Shown: piece by piece, positions 1-7,291 of the stretch | Numbering within the stretch: the stretch's first letter is position 1 | How the letters are laid out: every line of letters starts with the position of its first letter | Source: an uncultured Clostridia bacterium | GTDB taxonomy: Bacteria; Bacillota; Clostridia; Acetivibrionales; CALMWN01 | Direction of reading: 5' to 3' | Length of the DNA stretch: 32,802 nucleotides | Assembly: GCA_937873555.1 (NCBI GenBank) | Contig: CALMWN010000564.1 | Coordinates: forward strand, 1-32,802 | Notes under the pieces: generated by a model | Seen by the model: only the letters and a program-made list of their open reading frames with translations | Told to the model about the DNA's origin: nothing | Database searches by the model: none | Program-made: the position numbers and the translations under genes

Positions 1-228
1 GGTGATAGTCTCGGTGGAATCATCTGCGTGCTGTTCTTCGTTCATTTTAGCTACAACGGCTTCAAAATGAGCGACAGGGTTCTCGAATTCATTTAGGAGC
101 TCATCGACATAGCCTATGGACTTGATAGTTTTTGTTTTGGATTTTTTATTTTTGCTATCCCAATAGTTATGAACAATGGAGAGATATGTCCTGCCGGTTT
201 TCTTAAGTGTACTTTTTTTGAGGTACAT
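1..228 (-). CDS. DDE transposase, N-terminal 76 codons; gene runs off the left edge of the window
   Basis: The reverse strand has ATG at 228-226, preceded by GAGGAGG (revcomp of 234-241). It translates as MYLKKSTLKKTGRTYLSIVHNYWDSKNKKSKTKTIKSIGYVDELLNEFENPVAHFEAVVAKMNEE... and stays open to position 1. This N-terminal pattern (K-rich, GRTYLSI, LGY.DEL, DPIAHF-like) is what I recall from IS1634/IS4-like transposases of Clostridia. The family assignment is from memory. The ORF is missing from the supplied track because it has no stop inside the window. Confidence 0.6.
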   Translation of the reverse strand, partial: MYLKKSTLKKTGRTYLSIVHNYWDSKNKKSKTKTIKSIGYVDELLNEFENPVAHFEAVVAKMNEEQHADDSTETIT

Positions 229-341
229 AGCGCAGCCTCCTCTTCGGTAAGATATTTTTCTCAAAGGGATATGCTTATATTATATCATATTTCGTTATTA
301 TGCGCTAGTACTATTTGATAATTATTGACAAAAAATTGCAT

Positions 342-372
342 AAAAAAACCTTACAATGCAAGGCTTGTAAGG
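342..372 (-). terminator. Intrinsic terminator-like hairpin read on the - strand
   Basis: CCTTACAA (349-356) pairs with TTGTAAGG (365-372). On the - strand the stem is followed by seven U (A-run at 342-348 on +). Confidence 0.5.
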
Positions 373-600
373 AAAGTTACCAATATTTAGGTTGTCAAAC
401 TAGGGGGAGCGGGACAAACGGTATTTCACCTGCACTACCACCTGATCGGCGGTACGAACCTGGGAGCAAAGCTTATATAGAGAAATCCAATGAATACCGC
501 AGTACAAAATACCGATAGCCGGCAAGTAAAATGTCATTGTATTTTGTTTTGCTAAAGCAAATTAATGAAGCAACATAAATCGCCTAACAGTAAGTTTTTG

Positions 601-630
601 TTGACACACTTTTGAAAATTAATATATAAT
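601..630 (+). promoter_or_regulatory. Sigma-A-type promoter for rpsU-yqeY
   Basis: TTGACA at 601-606, an 18-nt spacer, then TATAAT at 625-630. This would give a 5' UTR of about 140 nt before rpsU. Confidence 0.5.
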
Positions 631-774
631 ATAATGTGTGTTGTATTTAACTATGCTTCTAAATTCTTCCACGGGATTTAACTGAGAATGGAAAAACAGC
701 AGGCAGGATTATACGGTATGGAAAATGCAGCATGTTCCCGGCACAATTGCTACCATCGGAGGGAGGGAAATACA

Positions 775-951
775 ATGTCTGAAATTAGAGTTAAAGAGAA
801 CGAGTCTTTGGATAGTGCTCTTAAAAGGTTTAAAAGGCAATGCGCTAAAGCAGGCGTACTGGCTGAAGTTAGAAAAAGGGAGCATTACGAAAAGCCCAGT
901 GTAAGAAGAAAAAAGAAATCTGAAGCTGCAAGAAAAAGAAAGTTCAAATAG
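775..951 (+). CDS. rpsU: 30S ribosomal protein S21
   Basis: [58 protein letters not shown] is a canonical S21. GGAGGGAGGG lies 6 nt upstream of ATG 775. The in-frame upstream extension from 688 has no SD and is not conserved. Confidence 0.95.
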   Translation: MSEIRVKENESLDSALKRFKRQCAKAGVLAEVRKREHYEKPSVRRKKKSEAARKRKFK

Positions 952-964
952 GGAGGCCTGATTT

Positions 965-1408
965 ATGTCCCTTAAGGATAGACTGCTTGAGGACATGAAA
1001 ACTGCCATGAGGGATAAGGACAACATAAGGAAAAATGCTGTTCAGATGGCAAGATCGGCGGTGCTTCAGGTAGAAAAAGACAATAGAGTTACCCTTGACG
1101 ATGATGGTGTTATAGAAGTGATAGCCAAGGAAGTTAAGAAGAGAAGGGACTCTCTGCCGGAGTATGAAAAAAGCGGAAGGCAGGATCTAATAGATAATTT
1201 GAAAGCGGAAATCGATACATTGTTGCAGTACCTGCCCCAGCAACTGACGGAAGAAGAGCTCGATGCAATAGTAAAGGAAGCAATAAGCGAAACGGGAGCA
1301 AGTTCGGCAAGGGATATGGGAAAGGTAATGCAGGCGGTTATGCCTAAGGTTAAAGGCAGGGCCGATGGAAAGATGATAAACCAAATAGCTAAAAAATATT
1401 TAGGATAA
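965..1408 (+). CDS. yqeY: GatB/YqeY domain protein
   Basis: The sequence MSLKDRLLEDMKTAMRDKDNIRKNAV...LPQQLTEEELDAIVKEAI...MGKVMQAVMPKVKGRADGKMINQIAKKYL is typical of YqeY. The position immediately after rpsU matches Bacillus. SD GGGAGG lies upstream. Confidence 0.9.
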   Translation: MSLKDRLLEDMKTAMRDKDNIRKNAVQMARSAVLQVEKDNRVTLDDDGVIEVIAKEVKKRRDSLPEYEKSGRQDLIDNLKAEIDTLLQYLPQQLTEEELDAIVKEAISETGASSARDMGKVMQAVMPKVKGRADGKMINQIAKKYLG

Positions 1409-1437
1409 AGACTCGATTCACATCGAGTCTTTTGTTG
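1409..1437 (+). terminator. Intrinsic terminator after yqeY
   Basis: AGACTCGAT (1409-1417), loop TCAC, ATCGAGTCT (1422-1430), followed by TTTTGTTG. Confidence 0.7.
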
Positions 1438-1473
1438 TCTGAAAAACTTTATTACTACGGAGGTGTTTGGGAA

Positions 1474-3780
1474 ATGTCAGCGGAGAATCACCCGGCATAT
1501 GCTGAAGAGCTTGACAGGTGCAGGTATACCCTTGAATATGTCGAAAGAAGCCTGCAAGCTACGGCAAAAAATAAGGAGAGACTGGACAGGGATATTGAAA
1601 GGACCAAAAAGCACTATAACTCCGACAGCAGCCAGGATTATATCGACCTGATGATCAATACCATGCTCCAGGATAACGCCGACTTGAAAATCAGAAACCT
1701 GAAAGCTGCGAGAGGCAAACCGTATTTTGCGAGAGTTGATTTCAATGAAAATGGGAGAAAGGCATCAGAAAGACTGTATATAGGTAAAATGTGCCTCATG
1801 CGGGATGAGGACCAGGAGATAATAATTGTGGATTGGCGTGCCCCCGTAGCCAATCTGTATTATGAAGAAAGATTGGGAAATGCTGCCTATAAGTGCCCTG
1901 ACGGAGTAATCGAAGGGACGCTGACTCTCAAGAGGCAGTTTACAATCAACGAAGGCAGGCTGGAGGACATTTTTGATATTGATGTTACGGCATCGGATGA
2001 GCTCTTGCAGTCCTGCCTGGGTGCAAATGCTGATGACAGGCTGAAGGACATTGTTTCAACAATACAGGCGGAGCAAAACAAAATAATCAGGGCGGACATG
2101 TGGGTACCCTTGATTGTACAGGGAGCGGCAGGAAGCGGAAAAACCACCATAGCTCTGCACAGGATTGCCTATCTGGCGTATACCTATGAAAAAACCTTCA
2201 ATCCTGAAAGCTTTATGATTATTGCACCTAACAGGCTTTTCCTGAATTACATTTCCGAGGTTCTTCCGGAACTTGGCGTCGAGAGGGTCAGACAGACCAC
2301 TTTTGAAGAATTTGCACAGGATATAATAGGGAAAAAATTCAAACTTAAGGATGCTGCAGAGAAGCTTGCCATGTTTGTGGACCATAACATGACCGAAGAG
2401 CAGTCGGAAAGAAACCGGCTGATAAGGAAATGTTCGGAATTCAAATCGTCAATGTTTTTCAAGGATGTGCTGGATGGATACCTTTCGGCGATAGAAAGAG
2501 AATTCATACCCAGGGAGGACTTTGTATTTGCATCTACTGTGATATACAAATTTGAAGAGATTAACAACCTGTTCCTGAATGAATATAAAAACTGGCCAAT
2601 AATACTGAGACTGAATGAAATCAAGAAACATCTCATGAACAGGATAAAGCTTAAGAAGGATGCCATTATAAACAAACTTCACGATGACTGTGACACAAAA
2701 GTCAAATACCTGAAGATGACCATGGAAGAAAGTGATGAGAGGCAGCAGCTGATAATACACGAAATCGACAGGAAGAACAACCTGATAAGCAGGATAGAAT
2801 CCCACTCCAAAAAAGCTGTCAATGAGTATGTTGCCAAGATATCCAAGGTTAGTCCGCTCCAGTATTATAAGGATATAATAACAAGCAGGGAACTTTTGTT
2901 AAGGATGTCTGAAGACAGGGCAGATCCGGACCTGCTGGGATTTGTTGCCTGTTATTCATCAGAGGTATTCAAATCAGGCTATTTGGAAATTGAGGATCTT
3001 GCCCCTGTAATCTATTTGAAATTCAAGATTTACGGAATGGATGAAAAAATTCCGGTAAAACATATTGTGATTGATGAGGCTCAGGATTTCAGCGTTTTTC
3101 AGATATATGTACTGAAGAAGATAATCAAGGACAGTTCTTTTACCATACTGGGTGACCTGTGCCAGGGCATCCACTCCCATAAAGGAGTAAAGGACTGGGA
3201 AGACCTGAAAAGCTTTGTTTTTAGTGAAGGTAAAAATGAATTTCTCACGCTGGAACAAAGCTACAGGACCACTGTCGAGATAATGGAAGCCGCAAATAAG
3301 GTGATTTCCAAGGTTAAGGACAGCAGGCTGGTTAAGGCAAAGCCTGTAATAAGACATGGGGAAGCAGTAAGTGTATATGGAATGAACAGCTTGAAGGAAA
3401 TTGCCGTGGATATGGAAAAAAGACTGGTAAAGCTGAAAGCGGGTGGCTTCAAATCTGCAGCTATAATATGCAAAACCTTGAAGGAATGCAAAACCGTCCA
3501 ATCCTTCCTGAAAGATAATAATGACTGTCCTTGCGTCATTACGGGAAAGGAAGACCAATATAAGGGCGGTATTGTCATCATGCCCTCCTATCTGGCAAAA
3601 GGACTTGAATTTGATGCTGTGATAATCGCAAATGCAAATAGTGAGGAATACAGGGAGAACGAACTTGATATAAAGCTTTTGTATGTGGCAATGACCAGAC
3701 CGCTGCACAAGCTGCATATATATTACCACGGCAAGATATCGCCGCTTCTGGCGGATGTTCGGGTTTGGAGTTTTACTTAA
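1474..3780 (+). CDS. helD: HelD-type UvrD/helicase IV-like ATPase (RNA polymerase recycling factor family)
   Basis: The N-terminal region carries PYFARVDF...LYIGK...IVDWRAPVANLYYEE. Walker A is GAAGSGKTTIALHRIAYL, followed by VIDEAQD and a C-terminal LYVAMTRPLHKL. The start is set at ATG 1474, 7 nt after GGAGGTG. The track start at 1432 is a TTG inside the terminator tail. Confidence 0.85.
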   Translation: MSAENHPAYAEELDRCRYTLEYVERSLQATAKNKERLDRDIERTKKHYNSDSSQDYIDLMINTMLQDNADLKIRNLKAARGKPYFARVDFNENGRKASERLYIGKMCLMRDEDQEIIIVDWRAPVANLYYEERLGNAAYKCPDGVIEGTLTLKRQFTINEGRLEDIFDIDVTASDELLQSCLGANADDRLKDIVSTIQAEQNKIIRADMWVPLIVQGAAGSGKTTIALHRIAYLAYTYEKTFNPESFMIIAPNRLFLNYISEVLPELGVERVRQTTFEEFAQDIIGKKFKLKDAAEKLAMFVDHNMTEEQSERNRLIRKCSEFKSSMFFKDVLDGYLSAIEREFIPREDFVFASTVIYKFEEINNLFLNEYKNWPIILRLNEIKKHLMNRIKLKKDAIINKLHDDCDTKVKYLKMTMEESDERQQLIIHEIDRKNNLISRIESHSKKAVNEYVAKISKVSPLQYYKDIITSRELLLRMSEDRADPDLLGFVACYSSEVFKSGYLEIEDLAPVIYLKFKIYGMDEKIPVKHIVIDEAQDFSVFQIYVLKKIIKDSSFTILGDLCQGIHSHKGVKDWEDLKSFVFSEGKNEFLTLEQSYRTTVEIMEAANKVISKVKDSRLVKAKPVIRHGEAVSVYGMNSLKEIAVDMEKRLVKLKAGGFKSAAIICKTLKECKTVQSFLKDNNDCPCVITGKEDQYKGGIVIMPSYLAKGLEFDAVIIANANSEEYRENELDIKLLYVAMTRPLHKLHIYYHGKISPLLADVRVWSFT

Positions 3781-3832
3781 TAATTTTTACAAATACTCTT
3801 CCTCACAGGCAACTTTTCAGGAAGACGGTTCG

Positions 3833-3854
3833 TTTCTCCCAACTCTGGGAGAAA
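3833..3854 (+). other. Stable hairpin downstream of helD without a U-tract
   Basis: TTTCTCCCA (3833-3841), loop ACTC, TGGGAGAAA (3846-3854). No T-run follows on either strand, so terminator function is uncertain. Confidence 0.3.
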
Positions 3855-3889
3855 GATAGAATGAGGGTTAATTCAAAAAAGCTTCTTCC

Positions 3890-3919
3890 TTTACAAGACT
3901 TGCAATTTGGAGGTATAAT
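3890..3919 (+). promoter_or_regulatory. Candidate sigma-A promoter for the SNF2 helicase gene
   Basis: TTTACA at 3890-3895, an 18-nt spacer, then TATAAT at 3914-3919. Confidence 0.4.
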
Positions 3920-3981
3920 TAATATTTACGGGTATATTCAATATCCTTTGAAAAATATATCTCAACAAAAAGGAGTACCTT

Positions 3982-6900
3982 ATGTTTCAAATCAGCAATG
4001 ACGTGATTATGCAAAAATGCACTCCGCTGGTATTTAACAAAGGGATGGAGTACTATAGAAAAAAAAGGATAAAGTCTATAAATTTCAAACAGGATAAGCT
4101 TCTGTTTGAAGCCAGTGTTTTGGGGACACGCAGCTATTACGTCAATGTGCAGTTCGACACGGCAGGCTCTCTGCGTTATTCCAGCTGCAGCTGCCCTGCC
4201 TTCGAAGGCTACTCCGGAATATGCAAGCACATTGCCGCTGTACTGCTTGCAATAAAGGATAATGATGACAGAGGCTTTTTTGATGAACTGCAATCAAGGA
4301 ACATGGCGAAGCAGATATTCAACTTCTTTCAGAATAGGCCTGCTGTGGTCAAAACACCGGTAACTCTGGAAGTAATTTACGAATTTTATGGAGGGAAGCG
4401 AATCCGCCAGCCGGCTACTTCAGCTTTAAGCCTGCGGATGGGCTTAAACGGCAAGCTTTATGTTGTCAGAAATATCAGGAAGCTTTTTGAATGCATCGAC
4501 AACAATGAAGAGCTGGAATTTGGCAAGGGCTTTGCTTTTGACCCGTCCAGACATGACTTCGGGTTTGGTGACAGGCCTGTCATGGATATGATAAGAGAAA
4601 TTTACGAAGCCGAAAAACTGCTGGGAAGTTCTATACCAAATTCTGCCTTTAACGGCTTGCTCAGGGATAAGCAGGCGCTTCTCACATCCAGTATGACAAA
4701 ACGCTTCTTTGAGATATACAAAGACAGGTCATTTAAAGCAGAAATACAGGGTGAATTCTTTGAAAACATGAGGATTTACCAGGAGGATTTTCCTGCGGAA
4801 TTTTTCATTTCAAGAGAAGGAAACCAGCTTATACTTGACCTCAATATAAATGGTACTGTCATCCCTCTGACGGACAACGGGGAATACTTCTTTATGGGAG
4901 GCAGCATTTACAAGGTATCGCAGAAACAACAGGAGGGTTTCAAACCATTCTACATGGCTCTGTTAAGCCAAAGGAAAAAAAGCATCCGATTCCTTGAAGA
5001 GGATAAGGAGCGATTCATATCAGAAGTACTGCCTTTTGCAGAGAATGCGGGAAGGGTTGTAATAGACGAAAAGCTTCAGACATTGATAGAAAAAGTTGAT
5101 ATCGAACCTGAAATTTATCTTGATAAAAGCGGGGACCTTATAACCGCTGATGTAAAGTTCGTATATGGAGAAAAAGTTATCAATCCGTTTGCACCCGCAG
5201 AGAAGAGTGAGCTGCGGGAAGACAAAATATTGCTGAGAGATGTGAACAGGGAGAGGGTAGTTCTTGACATTTTGGCGGAAGGGGATTTCAAGGTCAGGAA
5301 CATCCAGGTATACCTGGATGAGGAAGAGAAGATATATGATCTTGTGAAGCTCATCATCCCGAAACTCCAGGAATATGCCTCCGTATTTTATTCAGAAAGT
5401 TTCAGGAACATGAGGATTCGGGATGCATCATCCTTCTCGGGGGGAATAAGACTTAACCGGGGTACGGATTTGCTGGAATTCAATTTAAATATTGACGGTA
5501 TGGATAACTCAGATCTGATTGAAATATTCAGGAATTTCAGGGAAAAAAAGAGGTATTACCGGTTAAAAGACGGCTCGTTCCTGCCGCTCGATTCCGAAGA
5601 TATTTCCCACGTGGTGGATTTGGCTTATTACCTTGGACTTGACGGGAAGGAATTAAAAAAGGGCTTCATTGAAATACCAAAGTACCGGGCGATGTATCTG
5701 GAGCAGCATTTGAAGCAGTCCGGCCTGAAATATATAGAAATGAATCATGCCTTCAAGGAGCTGGTACGCAATGTATGTGAACCCTCCGACGCAGACCTGG
5801 AAATCCCCTTACGGCTCAAAAATGTTTTAAGGGAGTATCAGAAGTTCGGTTTCAGGTGGATGAAAACGCTGGGACTGAACGGCTTTGGGGGTATTCTTGC
5901 TGACGATATGGGGCTTGGAAAGACGCTGCAGTTTATAACGCTTGTGCTTCACGACTTTGAGAAGAAAGGCAGGAAGCCGTCACTTGTTGTTGCCCCTACA
6001 TCACTTGTGTATAACTGGTGTGCGGAGATAGAAAAATTCGCACCTGATTTGAAGTATACAGCCATATCCGGAAATAAAGAAGAGCGTGAAAAACAGCTTA
6101 TGAACATTGAAGACTTTGATATTGTTGTGACTTCGTACCCTTTGATAAGAAGGGATAAAGACGAATACAGGAACTTCAGTTTCAGGTACTGTATCCTGGA
6201 TGAAGCACAGCACATAAAGAACCCTGATTCTCAAAATGCCAGATCAGTAAAGGAAATAAAAGCTGAAAGGCGTTTTGCACTTACAGGGACACCCATGGAA
6301 AATTCACTTACGGAACTGTGGTCGATATTCGATTTTGTGATGCCGGGCTATCTTTTTTCTCACAGCAGGTTTGTACAAAGATATGAAAAACCTGTAGTCA
6401 GAGATGGGGATAGAAAAGCACTGGAGGGGTTGGGAATGCATATCAGGCCATTCATTTTGAGACGCTTGAAATCAGAGGTCTTAAAAGAACTGCCTGAAAA
6501 AATCGAGAACAAGATGGTCGCAGAAATGGCACAGGAGCAGAAGGCGGTATATCTGGCATATCTGCGGCAGATTCGGGATGAGATTGAAGCGGAGATAAAA
6601 GAGAATGGATTTGAGCGGAGCCATATAAAGATACTGGCCGGACTTACCAGGCTAAGGCAGATATGCTGCCACCCATCGGTATTCCTTGAGGATTTTTCAG
6701 GAGACAGCGGCAAGCTGCTGCTTCTGCAGGAAATCATAACGGACTGCATTGAAGGTGGGCACAGAATCCTGCTGTTTTCCCAGTTTACAAGCATGCTGTC
6801 CATCATCAGACGGTGGTTGGGAAAAAACAAAATCAGCCATTTATATCTTGATGGTTCAACAAAAGCCGAAGACAGGGCGTTACTCGTTAAGGAATTCAAC

Positions 6901-7215
6901 CAGGGACAGGGGAGTGTGTTCCTGATCTCCCTTAAAGCCGGAGGAACAGGCTTGAACCTCACGGGAGCCGACACGGTAATCCATTATGACCCATGGTGGA
7001 ATCCCGCCGTGGAGGATCAGGCAACCGACCGCGCTCACAGAATCGGACAGAACAGATCGGTGCATGTTATGAAACTGATAACAAAGGGAACTATAGAAGA
7101 AAAAATATATGAACTGCAGGAACGGAAAAAGAGGCTGGTTGATTCGGTGATACAACCCGGAGAGACTCTTTTATCCAAAATGAGTGAAGAAGAAGTGAGA
7201 GCTTTGCTTGAATAA
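3982..7215 (+). CDS. SWIM zinc-finger / SNF2-family helicase (YwqA/RapA-like)
   Basis: The N-terminal SWIM motif is CSCPAFEGYSGICKHIAAV. A long middle region resembles the bacterial SNF2-associated domain. The SNF2 ATPase motifs are ILADDMGLGKTLQ, ILDEAQHIKN and LTGTPMEN. The Helicase_C motifs are LLFSQFTSML, LKAGGTGLNLTGADTVIHYDPWWNPAVEDQATDRAHRIGQ. SD AAAGGAG lies 6 nt before ATG 3982. Confidence 0.9.
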   Translation: MFQISNDVIMQKCTPLVFNKGMEYYRKKRIKSINFKQDKLLFEASVLGTRSYYVNVQFDTAGSLRYSSCSCPAFEGYSGICKHIAAVLLAIKDNDDRGFFDELQSRNMAKQIFNFFQNRPAVVKTPVTLEVIYEFYGGKRIRQPATSALSLRMGLNGKLYVVRNIRKLFECIDNNEELEFGKGFAFDPSRHDFGFGDRPVMDMIREIYEAEKLLGSSIPNSAFNGLLRDKQALLTSSMTKRFFEIYKDRSFKAEIQGEFFENMRIYQEDFPAEFFISREGNQLILDLNINGTVIPLTDNGEYFFMGGSIYKVSQKQQEGFKPFYMALLSQRKKSIRFLEEDKERFISEVLPFAENAGRVVIDEKLQTLIEKVDIEPEIYLDKSGDLITADVKFVYGEKVINPFAPAEKSELREDKILLRDVNRERVVLDILAEGDFKVRNIQVYLDEEEKIYDLVKLIIPKLQEYASVFYSESFRNMRIRDASSFSGGIRLNRGTDLLEFNLNIDGMDNSDLIEIFRNFREKKRYYRLKDGSFLPLDSEDISHVVDLAYYLGLDGKELKKGFIEIPKYRAMYLEQHLKQSGLKYIEMNHAFKELVRNVCEPSDADLEIPLRLKNVLREYQKFGFRWMKTLGLNGFGGILADDMGLGKTLQFITLVLHDFEKKGRKPSLVVAPTSLVYNWCAEIEKFAPDLKYTAISGNKEEREKQLMNIEDFDIVVTSYPLIRRDKDEYRNFSFRYCILDEAQHIKNPDSQNARSVKEIKAERRFALTGTPMENSLTELWSIFDFVMPGYLFSHSRFVQRYEKPVVRDGDRKALEGLGMHIRPFILRRLKSEVLKELPEKIENKMVAEMAQEQKAVYLAYLRQIRDEIEAEIKENGFERSHIKILAGLTRLRQICCHPSVFLEDFSGDSGKLLLLQEIITDCIEGGHRILLFSQFTSMLSIIRRWLGKNKISHLYLDGSTKAEDRALLVKEFNQGQGSVFLISLKAGGTGLNLTGADTVIHYDPWWNPAVEDQATDRAHRIGQNRSVHVMKLITKGTIEEKIYELQERKKRLVDSVIQPGETLLSKMSEEEVRALLE

Positions 7216-7222
7216 TTTAAAT

Positions 7223-7251
7223 TTGAACATGGCAGTCAAATAACATATAAT
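7223..7251 (+). promoter_or_regulatory. Candidate sigma-A promoter for recJ
   Basis: TTGAAC at 7223-7228, a 17-nt spacer, then TATAAT at 7246-7251. Confidence 0.5.
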
Positions 7252-7291
7252 AAATTCACATAAGAGGTCTTAAAAAAGAAAAGGTGTTTCT

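Larger units (their letters stand above)
1..372 (-). mobile_element. Partial insertion sequence (transposase 5' end plus promoter-proximal flank); outer boundary not determinable
   Basis: The region holds the transposase start at 228 and an extended -10 (TGATATAAT on the - strand, 287-279). A - strand hairpin plus U-tract at 342-372 could insulate the transposase from outside transcription. The other IS end is outside the window, so no terminal inverted repeat can be matched. Confidence 0.35.

Noticed and set aside
395-475. Superficial resemblance of CTAGGGGGAGCGGGACAAACGG...GGCGGTACGAACCTGGGAGCAAAGC to ykkC/guanidine-I or c-di-GMP-I riboswitch cores
   Set aside because: The diagnostic blocks are absent or wrongly spaced: GGUCCGAGAG for ykkC, and GGCAAAC plus GACGCAAAGCC at the correct spacing for GEMM-I. 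No downstream gene is in register, because the rpsU promoter intervenes. An Infernal scan would settle it.
315-518. 67-aa + strand ORF in the IS-rpsU spacer
   Set aside because: It has a TTG start and no SD. Its composition (Gly/Arg/Pro-rich) is unlike that of the neighbouring genes. It spans the - strand terminator hairpin. I treat it as non-coding.
688-774. In-frame 29-codon N-terminal extension of rpsU (track ORF starts at 688), including a 30-nt-period repeat ATGGAAAA..CAGCA at 688-701 and 718-732
   Set aside because: S21 proteins begin at MSEIRV. A strong SD precedes ATG 775 and none precedes 688. The repeat is short and may be chance, so it is more likely simply 5' UTR.
2974-3729. 251-aa antisense ORF inside helD, and similar long antisense ORFs at 6360-6974, 11421-12071 and 17042-17572
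   Set aside because: All lie fully within well-conserved sense genes. They have no SD or promoter signals and show low-complexity Ser/Leu/Phe-rich translations typical of antisense frames.
1474-7215. HelD plus SNF2 as a phage-defence island (DISARM/Zorya/BREX-like)
   Set aside because: No methyltransferase, PLD nuclease, DUF1998, ZorA/B or other partner genes are adjacent. Both genes sit in a housekeeping context and resemble conserved Firmicute core proteins.
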